From positions 248,001 through 312,000 of the forward strand of contig NW_021835999.1 in assembly GCF_006345805.1 (NCBI RefSeq): a DNA stretch of 64,000 bases, given 5' to 3'. The notes below the pieces were generated by a model. It made no database searches. It saw nothing but the letters and a program-made list of their open reading frames with translations, and was not told where the DNA came from. The stretch is from Octopus sinensis. Lineage: Eukaryota. Below are positions 28,651 through 42,162 of the stretch, in pieces; within the stretch, counting starts at the first letter, position 1; each line of letters begins with the position of its first letter. The translations under genes were made by a program, and so were the position numbers.

Positions 28651-29803
28651 ATGGATTGGCGATTAAACAAAAACTCGATTGCAGAAAAGTATTCTCGACT
28701 TCCACAGCCGGACAACTCAGTCATCGCCACCTATGTCTGGATTGACGGAACCAAAGAGAGAAGTCTTCGCTCAAAGTCCCGGACTTTACATTCCCAGCCA
28801 GTCACCCTCGAAGGTCACTTTGCTGATTTGATGACAGATTTCCCCGACTGGAATTTCGATGGGTCGAGCACTGAGCAGTCGACGGCAGAGAATTCCGACA
28901 TATATATACTTCCCGTTCGACTATACAAGGACCCCTTCCTCCCTCCAAACAACATTCTCGTATTGTGCGACACTTACAAGCCCGATTGGAGTCCCACTGG
29001 TCTGCTGTATATTTAACAGCCCAGACTGCAACCTTCGCTTTAAATGCAAGGAATCGGTCAGACAGGCGGACAAGTACGAACCCCTGTTTGGGATAGAACA
29101 GGAATACACTCTGTTCGACCTCGACGGCCGTCCCCTCCAGTGGCCACAAAACGGCTTTCCTGCCCCTCAGGGTCCATACTACTGTGGAGTGGGGGCAGAT
29201 CGTGCATTCGGGCGAGACATAGTGGAGGCACACTACAGGGCCTGTCTATATGCAGGAGTAGAAATCTGCGGAACCAACGCCGAAGTGATGCCTTCCCAGT
29301 GGGAGTTCCAAATCGGGGTCTGCAAGGGTCTCAAACTGGGCGATGACTTGTGGATGGCTCGCTATATTCTCAACCGTATCTGCGAGGACTTTGGCGTGGT
29401 CGCCAGTTTTGACCCAAAGCCGCTGTCTGGGCCGTGGAATGGAGCTGGGGCACATATTAACTTCAGTACCAATCAGATGAGAAACAAGAACGGGATTGAG
29501 CACATCTACAAGGCCGTCGACAAATTGGCACAAACCCACCTCGCCCACATGAAGGTGTATGACGGAAATGGAGGACTCGACAACTATCGACGACTCGTTG
29601 GGGTCTGCGAGACTTGTGTCTATGATAAATTCTCATTCGGGGTCGCCAATAGGAAGGCCTCCGTCAGAATCCCCATCAGTTCGGCGGAGAATGGATGTGG
29701 ATATTTCGAGGACCGACGGCCGGCAGCCAACTGTGACCCCTACGCAGTCGTGGACGCACTACTCCACTCAATAATTCTGGATTCTGCTGTGAATAGTTCT
29801 TAA
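28651..29803 (+). CDS. GLUL: Glutamine synthetase type II
   Basis: [46 protein letters not shown] and [15 protein letters not shown]. Two introns (24 nt at 28814-28837 and 25 nt near 29000). Confidence 0.97.
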
Positions 29804-30174
29804 TGTGTCCTAATTGTCTTTTCCTACTAATATAACCAAGTGTTATTAAAGATGTTAGCTCAAATGTGCCATGGTTAGTGATGTATATTCTAACTAAAGC
29901 TACAATAAATGGAAGGGGCAAATCAGAGAACTGTGGAGATGTCATACAAAGTGAGAACAATGTATTAATTCAGTAGCTCGATCAATTAACTAAGCCACTT
30001 TATTACAAACAACTCATAAATTGATCGGTTTTGAAGTTTATAGATTGATTTGACATGAATTTTTTTTATTAATTCAACTTTAATATATTCTAAAGTTTAA
30101 CCATTTAATGCTACTGATGCATTGGTCAATTTTTAACCATGCTACTAATTCGTATATATTATATTCCGAGAATC

Positions 30175-31995
30175 CAAGGAGATTCATTGTCCCCGCTGCT
30201 ATTCGTTATGGCGATGGATCCCCTAAGCAGGATGCTTAACTCCATGTTTCCCAAACTCGAAATTAGTCGGGAAGATCCCAATATGTTGACATACTCCACC
30301 AATCATTTCTTCTTTATTGACGATCTGAAAATAGTTGCCCTCAAAGAAGATGTGTTAGTCAAAATGATGGAGGCTGTTAATGGATTTTTTGAAAGTGTCG
30401 GCCTAGAGATGAATTCGAAAAATCAGCATCTAATGTGGAATCTTTATCATGCTGTGAGACTGTCGATGGAATCAACGGATATCGCTACTTGGGTGTACTT
30501 GAAGATGGCGGAAGTAATGTTCTCAAGAATAAAGTTATGGACTCCATATTGGAGAATGTCAAGAAGAGGATAACTATGTTGTCAAAAACAAACCTGAATG
30601 CTGTAAATTTGTTTCGTGGAATCAATGAATATGCATTATCCCTATATAATTATTATATTGGGCTAATCAATATCGAACCTTACGAATTTGATGAGATTGA
30701 CCAACAAATACGCCGATTGCTTACGACTCTCAAGTTACACCTCCAGCCTGCAAATAAGGAGAGGTTGTATTTGGACCGCAAGACCCTTGGAAGAGGACTT
30801 GCCTCAATTTCTTTCAAAAGCGAATTAATACTCTTCCAGTTTCTTAAAAGTTTGGAAAAACAGTCGACTACCTGTCTGCGGAGGTCGGGTATTCTGCGAG
30901 TAATAAAAGGAAAAAAATGGCACTTAGCCACAATCGCAGAATTTCTTGTCTCCAAATATGCAGCTGTCGGCAGGGAAAATCTGACCATTGAGTTACTGAA
31001 GGACGCACAAAGGAAACTCTTGCTTAACCGAATTAACAGTAAATCACTACACTCGGTGATGTTCAAATGTATGGAGGAATCAGATGTCGACATATCTACT
31101 TCTTCGCAATGGCTATCGAAAGGGAACAATGGTCCACGAAGCGAAGCATTGTACTGTCTTTTGCAAGATAGGAATTTGTTCTTTGCATACACGGGATCAC
31201 TATGCGTCCACTGCAAAAAAAGCAGGCAGACTGTTGACCATCTAGCCACGCGGTGTGGTAGGATGCTAAACAGTGATTATCTCCGAAGACACAACGAAGT
31301 GGTAAAGTGTATTCATCTCCACTTGTGTCGAATGTATGGAATAAAACGAAGCAGGAAATTGAAAGGACATTCAGTCGTGTCAACACTGTCGACCCAAAAT
31401 GTCGAAATCAGAGTTGACACTTCAATTATGACTGAAACAAAGGTTCAATTCAATAAACCTGATATCTTCGTTTATGACAAGAGGAAAAGAGAAATTCATT
31501 TAATCGAAGTGGGAGTTACCTCGCAAGACCGTTTTAAAGCAAGTTGAAGTGGAGAAATTTCACAAATATGACCTGCTTGCAAACGAACTGTCAGTTCTCT
31601 ATGAAGCAAAAGTAAAGATTATTCCGATAGTCTTGACATGGGATGAAGTTATCTTGACGTTCTATTAAAATCATATGGATAAGTTATCCCCTGAAGAAGG
31701 AACGAGAACAAAAATCCAATCGGTTGTGCTAAAGAGGACGCTAAGAGTATGCTTATTGAACACAAACATGGAATGAAGGTAGATGACTAAAAGTACGCCT
31801 CTGCTGCCAATTTACTTGTGGAGTTGGCATGTCGTGAGGACACTCAGTTGAACAATTACTTTGACGCAGAAATGGAAATGATGAGAATTTTGTTGCAAAC
31901 TCTTCTTCCAAGCGAAGAAGAGAAATCACTGACGATCTGGATTCTTAAATAATTTAAGATAGAATTTACATAATTAATTTTTATTAAACATTGTT
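30175..31995 (+). mobile_element. 5'-truncated R4/Dong-like non-LTR retrotransposon (RT, CCHC knuckle, RLE), frameshifted
   Basis: QGDSLSPLLF, FIDDLK, YRYLG, CVHCKKSRQTVDHLATRC, RHNEV and KPDIFVYDK...LIEVG; 11-bp TSD TTCCGAGAATC (30164-30174, 31996-32006). Confidence 0.9.
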
Positions 31996-32238
31996 TTCCG
32001 AGAATCAATTCCTTATTTTGAAAGTATGTTAACAGGAGGCGGGACTGAAGAACTGAAAAAGAAATGTCGTTAGAGGAAGGTCATTTTGGAAGGATATCTA
32101 AAGAGAGGAGTAGACGACAAGAAGAGTGACTGGGGCGAAATGGTGACGGACTATTTGCTACAAAAATTAAAATCCAGAAAATCATAAGAAACGACTGGTT
32201 CTAAACGTAGTTAGTCGTTTATGCCCAATACAACTATA

Positions 32239-32697
32239 CCTTTCCAAGTTCAAAGTGGGATTTTCCAAATTCAATACGGATTTTCAAGTTCAAGGATTTT
32301 CAAGTCGGTTATTGAATTCATTTATTAATTTAACATCGCCTTACATTACAAAATGTACGTTAATAAAAAGAAAGAAATAGCTGAAAAAGAAAAAATTTGT
32401 TGACCGTTTACGAAAATGATGGGGATTGGAATCAAGTTGCATGTTCTCTCGGAATAAAAAGAACAACTGCATACAGGTGGATAAAAGAAGGCTTTAAGCA
32501 TATGAAGTTTATCTAAGTTCAGTAGTTTTAATAATTGACAATGCTCCATGTCATACAGACATTGAAAAAATACTTGAAGAAAATGAATTCACAGAAAACA
32601 AAATACTTCGACTTGCACCTTACAGTCCAATGTTAAATCCAATCGAACAAATATGATTTTTCTTTTTACAAAATGAAAGCTTTTGAACTTGGAACGG
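32239..32697 (+). mobile_element. Internally deleted Tc1/IS630-like element
   Basis: IIDNAPCH...LAPYSPMLNPIEQI DDE motif at ~32525-32655; imperfect TIR CC(T/G)TTCCAAGTTCAAA; TA on the left side only. Confidence 0.7.
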
Positions 32698-33311
32698 AAT
32701 TTCAGCTGATACGGAATTTCAGCAAAATGTCAAGAATGTGTCAAAAATTCACACTGACAGCCATATCCACATCACACGAGCCAACAAGAAGAGTTTTGCC
32801 TTGAAAGTGATGCACTTTGAGGGGATTGGTGTCCGTCAAATTGAATCTAAGCATATATTGACACAGTTTTTTTGATGAAGAGTGAGTATACTGTGCTAAA
32901 AGAAAGCCCACACGATCGTATAGAAGACTATAATCTTTCTCGAACGAGCTTTCGAAATAATTCAAACTTGTTTCCCAACAAAGAAACGGTGTCATAAAAT
33001 GATAATTTTAGAAACAACTTGATGTTAATCCGAAATTAAAGATCAAAGAAACAAAAGAAAATATCAAATTAGCAGATATAACACGGAAATAAGGAACTAA
33101 AAAACCAAGTTCTTCCTTCCCAAGTAGACATGTCGATCATGCCTGAGGCATAATAAATAACATGTGTTATGAGGGTATAGAATGTGCCCAATGCATATTA
33201 CTTGAATGCGTAATTAACCGCCGTAATCGATTACATTTCCGTAATTTCTGACATATAAATACATGGGCGTGTATTATGTGTGTTTCCTTTGCTAGTCTTG
33301 ATTGCAAAGTC

Positions 33312-34682
33312 ATGTTCAGTAATACACAAACTATGCTTGTCTGGCGACCTCACCATAGTCGAAATTCTGTCTCGTCGTTGCAGAAAGGGTGCGAAAAATT
33401 CAACAGCAAAATGTTGTAACTCTTCGGTCTCGACTTAAGGACATAAGCAGTGTTTGTCCTAACAAAAATGTTGGAATTTCACACGAAATTCCCGTTAAAC
33501 CACTTCCTAAAAAGACTTGTGTGGGAAACGAGGACACCCAGCCTCCCCCCAACGTCCAATCAGCCCCCCGGAAGTGTCGTGGAGGGAACACGGCTCGAGG
33601 TTCTGCGAGACCCCAGACCAATCGAAGTGCCTCCTCGGGGACCTTGTGGAATATGGATTTCTGCCACATGTTGGGACAACAGTCCCCTGTCAACAGACCA
33701 AACATCCCCACTATAGCTACTAGGCCAATTGCGCCTCCTCAACGTTCTCTTCTTAAAGTGACCCCTCCTCCGAAAATGTTTTATTCTCCTCAAAAAGTGA
33801 CTCCCCCAAAATTGCATCCTTTCCCCCAAAGAATGTATTATTCGCCCCACAGAGTGACTCCTCCAAATGTTTTTTGTTCCCCCCAAAAAGTGACCCCTCC
33901 AAATGTTTTTTATTCACCCCAAAAAGTGACTCCTCCAAATGTTTTTTGTTCCCCCCAAAAAGTGAGTCCCCAAATAACCCCGACTGTGGAGATGGTGTCC
34001 CCCATAGCCCACACAAGAGTGACTGCCATCAGAGTAGAGCCCGCCAGAGGGGAGAGATATTTGGCCTACGAAGGACTGCTGAAAAGACTGAAAGAGCGTG
34101 GACGGTTAGAGTTCATTTGTGGTGGTCCCGGCTGTTCTTCTGAGTGTCATCGCATGGACAATGTGACTGCGGGTGTTTACGATGAGTCGTGGGATGGTGT
34201 GAGGGAATATTTTGAGTTGGTGGATGCAGTGCGTCTGACTGATGGGACTGACACTATGACAGAGACTTTCCATTTTGGAGAAGGACTGGTCCCTCCACAC
34301 GAGGAAGGTTGGACTGTTATTTGAGTGTGTAGATGACTGTGGGGAGGAGAGACTGGTGGTCGTCAACTACTACGAAAACCGTATTCCTGGGATAAAGAGA
34401 GACTGTGGAGTGTTTGTGCGACTGGCCGACATTAACAGTGTCCTCGCGAATTCAAAGGACACACGTTTCCTCCAGAATAAGTGCAGAAAACTGGACATTC
34501 CAGTTAGTAGGTTGGTATAGTGGTAGTTGGAGTACTGCACTGAGTGTGAGGTGAATCTGCTCGTCCACTTTGCTAATTCCTCCCACCCCAGAAGTCGTCT
34601 TGTGATTGACTTGGCTGGCACTGAGCGCCTTCTCGACTCGATCTTTTATGAACAGAACCCCAGTCGTGTGTCCAGACGGTAG
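33312..34682 (+). CDS. Orphan protein with tandem SPQKVTPP repeats
   Basis: 311-codon exon. ATG 33312 joins it in frame through a 20-nt intron (33339-33358). Further small exons continue to a stop near 34682; 3' splicing uncertain. Confidence 0.6.
33757..33970 (+). repeat. Coding ~36-bp tandem repeat (about 5-6 degenerate copies)
   Basis: AAAAGTGACYCCTCCAAATGTTTTTT.TTC.CCCCA units encoding KVTPPNVF(C/Y)SPQ. Confidence 0.85.
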
Positions 34683-34742
34683 AGTTTATACAATTTGTGA
34701 ATATTCTTTATGTTTGTACAGTCTTATTTCCACTTGTTTAAA

Positions 34743-35913
34743 ATGAATGTCGTGCGATTAATATCGGTGTTGTAATGAGAGTATTTATAGTCGCAATTGG
34801 AGAAGGACGGGCGACGACTGAGTTCGTCAGTTCACTACAACTTTGGATTAGTGTTTGTGCCCCAACAGGAGTCCTGGATTGTTGAGAGAATGGGGAAATA
34901 TTTAAAAACATTACAACCTGTTTGTTAAGTTATGCATTGGAGGGCCCCAATTTGCTGATTCCATTTTTGGACAAAATAAAATACGTGCAGAACCTCAAAG
35001 AAATAGCAATCGAAATCCCTCAGCAGACGGCCATCACGTCGGACAACGTCAGTCTGAGTTTGGACGGAGCACTGTACTTGCGGGTGATCGACCCGTACAT
35101 GGCACTGCTTGCCCATAACCCTGCAGGCCAGCTACGGAATAGACGACGCCGAGTTCGCCATAACAATGCTGGCACAGACCACCATGAGGGCGGAGATTGG
35201 CAAGATCATCCTCGACGTTGTCTTCATGGAACGAGAGAAACTCAACCAAGGCATTGTGGGTACTCATCTCCCCTCCATAAACCATTAGAAGCCATAAACA
35301 AGGCTGCGAAGGATGCCTGGGGGATTGTTTGTCTGCGATATGAAATCAGTTAGTCTCCGTCGAGTACTTTAGAGGACATCAAACTGCCCGCGAGGATCCA
35401 AGAAGCCATGCAAATGCAGGTCGAGGCAGAGAGGAAGAAGAGAGCCTTCATTCTCGAGTCTGAGGGGAGACGACAGTCCGAAATAAATGTTGCCGAAGGG
35501 GAAAAGATCTCCACTATTCTCAAAAGTGAGGCTCAGAAACAAATGAAAATAAACGAGGCAAGAGGACAGGCCCAGGCTGTCTCGTCCTTGGCGAGAGGAC
35601 AGGCCTTCCGTCTCAGGAAACTCGCCAAAGTGCTTGTTCGCCCGGTCAGTGGTCAATATTATATTTATAGGAACAAGTGAGTGCGGCCTCCATTGGAGTG
35701 GCAGAACAATACGTGGAAGCTTTCGGGAAATTGGCTAAAACGTCAAATACACTTTTGCTGCCTGCTGATGCGGGAAACATCTCCAATGTGGTGGCTCAGG
35801 TTTGTGGTGATGTGTTCATTTTACAGGCCATGGCCATTGGAACTCGAATCTTTCGGGACCAGACGAAGCCCAGAAGAACACACAGGAGGTCTCCTACCAA
35901 ATCTCGCGGATAA
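34743..35913 (+). CDS. STOML2: Stomatin-like protein 2 (SPFH domain)
   Basis: FVPQQESWIVERMG, IEIPQQTAITSDNV, DPYMASYG, CLRYEI, MQMQVEAERKKRA and VAEQYVEAFGKLAK. Confidence 0.95.
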
Positions 35914-36485
35914 AAATTATTTTTGGTTAGACATAATTGTTGTCATTCTTTTAACACAATTAGCCATAATTAAATTCCTCTGAATGAGATGCACTCGAGT
36001 GCACTTAAGAGGGGGTTTATTCATAAATCCATTCATCAACACAACAGTTGAAACAATTAGCCATTATAAAGTAGTTGGTGTGCTTCGTAATACTACATGA
36101 TTGAAAGAAATAACTTACACCACTATATGTGTAAATGGGCCCTAACAATGGCAAATTCTAAAAGGACATATATAAAGTGAATGGAACCACGCAACGCCGA
36201 AATCTAGAGAGGGCTACTAAGCTTGGGTCTGTCTAAAGGAGTGGGTTGTGCATTTAAGGGGTGAAGCAGTGCACAAAGGATGCATTCCTATGTTGCCTGG
36301 ACACATTTAAGAATGGAGCAATACACGTGTGTAAAATTTGCCAATTCTTAAAAGTTCTTAAGTTGTAAAAATAGAGAAAATAGTCATTTCGAGTAAACCC
36401 ACATGAATCAACAAAGTTCAAGTGAATAAATTTATCTTTTTATTAATAAAAATACTTTTAATACATTAATTTTAATAAAATGAGT

Positions 36486-37125
36486 TTAATCATTCCCAAA
36501 CGTAAGCACCGTGCCTCTATATTTAGGTACCCCTGAGACTAACCATCCCCCGAGGAGGGTAATTATCCCTACGCCGGCAATTATAAAGTGAGTCGAACGA
36601 AATACCTCTCAACCAACTGCCTGCGCACTTTCTCGAATCAACGAAATTTACGGGCACTGGAATGACAAATGACATTACCAATTCCTGCTGTGTGGCTTTT
36701 CATTTTCTGTGAGTAACTTTGAGTGACCTCCAGCTTGTGTGGCTTGTAGTCTCTTTGATGTGTGGTCGACCCTCGGGAACTGGCCTGATTCGGTCTTTCA
36801 GATGGACTAGACGTAATCTTAGACACACTGCCCTTCAGCCGGCTCTCGGAAACAATAAACTGGCTCGTTCAGAGTGTGAGCATTTTGAGTCAAAAACGTC
36901 AGATTTTGGGGATGCGGGGCGTTTTTCCTGACTTGGGGATTTGGCTGAATTATGCAGCACATTTACATTGAGAGAAGTAGTGACTTTTATTTCGGGGAGT
37001 TTTGGTACTTGGAGTGCCTTCATGTTGAAAACACGGAATGTGTCAGGTCTGGCATGAGGCCAATTAAATTACTTTGTGTGGTCCTTTTTTCGAGATTGAA
37101 TAACAGGGACGTAAAAGAAATCCAT
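36486..37125 (-). CDS. Putative small S/P/K-rich protein of unknown function
   Basis: Successive short same-strand open frames separated by micro-intron-sized gaps, from ATG 37125 to ...LTFGND*. No recognisable homology. Confidence 0.4.
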
Positions 37126-37793
37126 GGATATAATATTTGTTATTATTATGTTTTATTCTAAAAATACTCATTCATGTTTTTGTTTAGTTTATTCAATCCG
37201 AATTGTTATGTCCCATTGAATTCCCGATCAACACTTGAAAAAACAAAACACAACAAATCTCAATCGAGAATAATTTTCCTGACATCGAAAAGAGTGAGAA
37301 TTTGAGGCCAATTATCTCAGATCTATACTAGCTGGCTACGGATAACGACTTGGGTGCTAAAAATATGTTAGGAAGCAGCATGTGTGGATAGATGTAAGCA
37401 TACGACTTGATTGCTCATGTTTTCTTGTGCCAAATCCTTGACAGGTCAGGATTGTATTTTTCACCGATAATTTGGTCACAAAATGGAAGGCTAAACTGGG
37501 TCATAAACAAATTGGACAAGATCGCTCTTTAGTGGAATATTGATCTTAGATCAGTGGGTAAATCTGAAATAAAGGGAGATTATCAAAATATCCGTTGAGA
37601 CAAAGATTGGTTTTTTTGGAACAGAAAGTGACCGGATACTTTTACAGTTGTTAGAAGAAGTCGTTTTATTATCTGAAAAGAAGAGGCATCTTTACTGGAG
37701 AGGTGATGAGGAAAGAATAAATATTAATTAAAAATAAATGTTCAAATAATGCCAATATAAACTATCAGTTCCTATAGTTATTTAAAGCACAAA

Positions 37794-40700
37794 ATGGAAT
37801 CGAAAGAACAAAAATATAAACAAAGTACAAATCGTTCGATCGCCAGACTAATAAAATATCTCACCTCCCTGTTGGGAAAATCCGAGACACTGGAAGATTG
37901 GATGTCGACAGTGGAGGCACACTTTTCCAATTACCAGAATCTAAACAGATTTGACTTTTTTAGCGAAGTTATCAAATGTCATTAATTTGCAGCTGAATTA
38001 TGAAATCACTAAAATATCTCGTCATTTCTGCAGCAAGCAAAACCAGATAAACCGACGTCACTTAATAAAACGAAAAATAATCAGCAAAGAAAAGGCGATA
38101 TCTTCCAGTTCCAGTTCTACTCAGTTCATACGAGTCCAAGAACGTCTGTCGAAAATGATCTTGGAAACTCTTGAGGAACTAAAAGGGGACATTCCGACGT
38201 CCACCACTCCGCGGATGGTCGACAGTCTCAGTTGCCACGATATTCCGATCCCAGACGAAAACAACATTTTCCTGACGCCTCCCAACCTTGTTCGTCTACT
38301 CGATGTCCTCGAAAAAGACCCGCACGAAGGCCTGAAGATGCTGAATAAATGTCTAACCACCGATGTCATGACCTCAGAACGCTGGGAGAGCATTGCGGGT
38401 CATTTGAGTACATTGTTGAAGTCGTCCAGGACTTATAAACTAACCTTCCGGTTTATCTCGAAATGCCTTTCCACCATGTCCGTTCACTCTGCTGCGGTTT
38501 TCCGGATTTTGGTCGAACATGCGAGATTTGCTGGGGACTTGACTGACATGGACGTGGAGATTGGGTACCTCATAAACAGGTATTGCACAGAACTCCCGTC
38601 CATGTGGCTTAGAATTTCTCCAAAGTTTAAAAAAATTGTTTATTTTGATAGTTTTGCTCTGAATGTGATTTCTGTGCAAATTGAGGCCATTTTGTGCGAC
38701 AGGGAGTACAGCACCAAGTTGGGTCTGGTCGAATGGGACCCCAAGTGGCTAAAAAGGTGGCTTCATGCAAACTACAGCAGGTTTTCTGGTCATATTAACT
38801 CTCTAGGAAAATGATTTACGACTTACTGCAAGTCAACTCACAATATGTCAACAATCTCGTGCAGTTCTTCCTCAATCGGTCCGCCAAAGAAAAAGGTTTG
38901 TCGACGTACTGAAAAAGCAGGACTAAACATTGGTTCAACGAAATACAGCGCAGTACAATTAGAATACTTGGAATACTTTTATTACAGCTCAGTCCTTCTC
39001 TACTTTCTGACATACAAGAGAGGAATAGACATATTCTCGTACGTGGTGAGGACGTGGTAATCAATGGCAGTGTGCGAGCAACGGGACTGATCTCAGTGAT
39101 ATAATATTGCTCATCAACACTGTGGCGCTCAATGAACCTGACGAGACTGAGGATATGAGTTTCAGAATTCAGATGGAAACGTTTATACTTTCCATTGCCG
39201 GGAAAATTAAAACTGCTTCATTGATATTACCAAATTTGGCTGAGCACGACACTTTTTTGGCCCCAATTCGAAACAACTTCAAGTCGTCATGTGGTGGATT
39301 ATTCCGGGACGATCAGATAGAGTATTATCTGCGACTTGTTTTACACATTTTGTCAGCGATTCCACCCTCGACAGTTCCGCGTATTTGCGAGTCAACAATA
39401 TCATTTTTGAAGACTTGTTTACCAACTTTGATCAGCAGAAATACGAGAGGAGCACATTCTTGGGTGATTTGATCATCTCATTTCAGGACTCGTCCCCCGA
39501 ATTGTGAACGAACTTTACTTTTTATGCCCGAAAATGACGTTTTGGGATAAATATTTACAATTCATATTGTTCGTCTGGAAAAATGTATCCAAAAAGGAAA
39601 TTCGTTCTCTGACTCCCGTCGTGGGGGACATGGGAGAGGTTACATTCCTGAATATACAACTAGCGACGGCTCAACGACTTTGATCTCCTCGAACTGTGGA
39701 AAAGTCTCATTGCCGACACAATTTTCCAAATTCCCCACTGCATGTGTCTGCTTGAGAACGACGAGCTTGGACACACCATTGTGGAGTATCTCTGCTTTCG
39801 CCAGCAGCCCCGTCACGAGGTTTGATTCCTGGCATATGCGGAGGTTCATAGAACAGCTCGACTTGTCCTCCACAGAAAGAGTGCCAAATGCATGCAGGAA
39901 TGCCTCTATTTGCACTACTTAATTTCACAACTTTCCGAAACTGTCACAATGGACGTATTCCAATCAATTCATTCGTAGAACATTCACTCGGGGTGTCCTC
40001 AGCAGTCCAAGAATTGCCTCCTCAACCAATTGGCGGCAATTCAGTTTTACTATCCATCCATTTATATCATTCTGACTGGAGACAACGACCCAGTTGGGGA
40101 CCTCGTCAACGTCTGCATCAGTCCTGAAACTTGTTTAAATGTAGTCCCCTCCCAGTCATTCCTGCAGTGGGGCATGTGCTTTGAGGATAACACGACGGTG
40201 GGGTTGGATATCCTCGACGGTCTCATTTCTTCCCTCGACATGATGTGTCTGTTCGAGTCCAGATATCGTTTTGCTGAAAATATCAAGAAATTCCAAGTTT
40301 TTATATGTCGCTACCAATCAGAGCAATCAGAAAGAAATAATCGACGAATTATATGTCAAAAGGCAAAATATTATCAACAGACTTGAGTTCGTGGGGGGTC
40401 CCTCAGAAATACCTTCACCAACCTTTCAATTCCGCGATCACGTGGGAAAGATTGTAGAGACATTTCCGGATGTTTTAACTTGTGATTTATTCAAGAACTT
40501 GGACGACGTTTTTTCAATGGACGGGGATACTTCCGCGGATTTGTTGAGGTCCCTACTTCTACGGCATTCCTCAGACGATCATATATGTGGAAATTCTTCT
40601 AAGGCCAGGGACGACTTCCTCACACAGGGAAGTCACATGGCTGCACAGTACGGACTGAGATTAGGATTGGTAAGCCATGATTCCTAATTTGTTGATTTCG

Positions 40701-41346
40701 GGAAACTTACAAAGTCACGTTTGCTCCCTCAATGAGGTCATCACTGTAATGGAGACACAAAATATTTCGGAAATAGGCTACGATTGGTTGGCTGCGACCG
40801 TCTATCTCTCGTTCAGAGGAAATCAAGTCGAGAGTGTACGGGGTCTACTAAAGTGGGCGTTGAAGTGTCATTTTAGTTTCAACAAAATGGCAGGAAAAGA
40901 GCTTTTGTGGTCAAAAAGTTGTTCGAATCTCATCGGGAGTGTTGTGGAGGATATTGTGGCATCTGAACTTCCCGACATTGCTGCTGCTTTCCAGTGCAGC
41001 TCCATCACGATTTCTGCAGTCGTCCAACGCTTGCTGACGCAGTTTTTATGGAATTACGTCGACTTTGTTCAAATTCTCCACTTTTTCAATGCTTCCTTGC
41101 TTTTTGGCTGCCAATTTCAGGTTTGTGGAGTTTTATATTCAGATTTATTTGTTTGTGGCCATTTTTTCATTTTACGGAAAGCGCATTCGACGACACCATC
41201 GCGACGGGGACTTGGAAATTTGGTTGCTGAAAGGGAAACTTGAGGGACTTTGCTTTAAAGAGTTGGTTCCGTCAATCGAACAAATCCACGCAACCCACGC
41301 AACCCTCGTCGATAGCAAACTGAAGACTCATATTTCAACGACTTAA
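37794..41346 (+). CDS. TBC1D32: Broad-minded (BROMI)/TBC1D32-like ciliary protein
   Basis: C-terminal GYDWLAATVYL, VEDIVASELPDIAAAF and LTQFLWNYVDF...FGCQFQIYLFVAIF resemble the BROMI C-terminus. N-terminus and overall size are compatible. Confidence 0.75.
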
Positions 41347-42162
41347 CTTGTCCAGTTTTCAGCTTTTTATTAAAACTCATTCAAATTTTCTAATTGACGA
41401 GACGTCCACAGGAATGGTTGCCTACCTTCAGCCGTGTCACTTTGTCTCTTCCACTTAGGTCCTTATGTCAGATTATATGGTCCCTTTTTTATTTAAGTAT
41501 TGTTGTCTTTTCTGTGTCTATCAAATTATGATTGATTAAAGAAATTATGTCGAACTGCCAAATTTTAGGAAAAATCGGAAACTTTACCCCCCTTAAAAAA
41601 CTTTTTATTCCATCTGCGTTGTTCTCACCCACCCTATCCAATATTCTGTTCGATTTTTTTCGCCTGATTTTCGGTCGCATTATTGTTTTGTCCACTCGAC
41701 AGGCTGGTTGACGCACAAATAAATTCCTCTTGGGGCTTATCGACGGCGCATACTTTACTCATACAGTTTGAGGTACACTTGACACCTTGCTTACGTATAG
41801 ACTTCGTTAGACACAGTTTGGAAAATTTTCCATATTTGAGTAAAAAACCTTACCGCTGTTGCAATACACAATTTTTATTACTTTCAGGATTCCGAACCTC
41901 CAACTACACAACGTCGCTTTTTCTCAAAATTTTCCCAAAACTTATTCACTCTCAAATAAGTCAGGCCTCTTCCGAATTCTTTTTGCAAAAGTCTGCTTTG
42001 TACAGTTGGAAATGCATTTAAATGTATTGAGCAATTGGTCGTGAAACTATCAGTAGTACTACTCATTCAATTGACATTTCAACTCAATATTTTCCACTAC
42101 CGAAAATTATGTGAAAAGTCGAACAATTTATTTAAAGAAATAAAAGGAAAAATCAAACATGA

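Noticed and set aside
32741-32995. 84-aa minus-strand ORF
   Set aside because: No recognisable motif, and it lies beside TE debris.
36290-36370. WTH...VCKIC, a possible BED zinc-finger relic
   Set aside because: Too short, frameshifted, and no TIRs found.
41400-42079. Possible minus-strand gene downstream of RPL36A
   Set aside because: Coding-like composition but no convincing spliced frame or homology.
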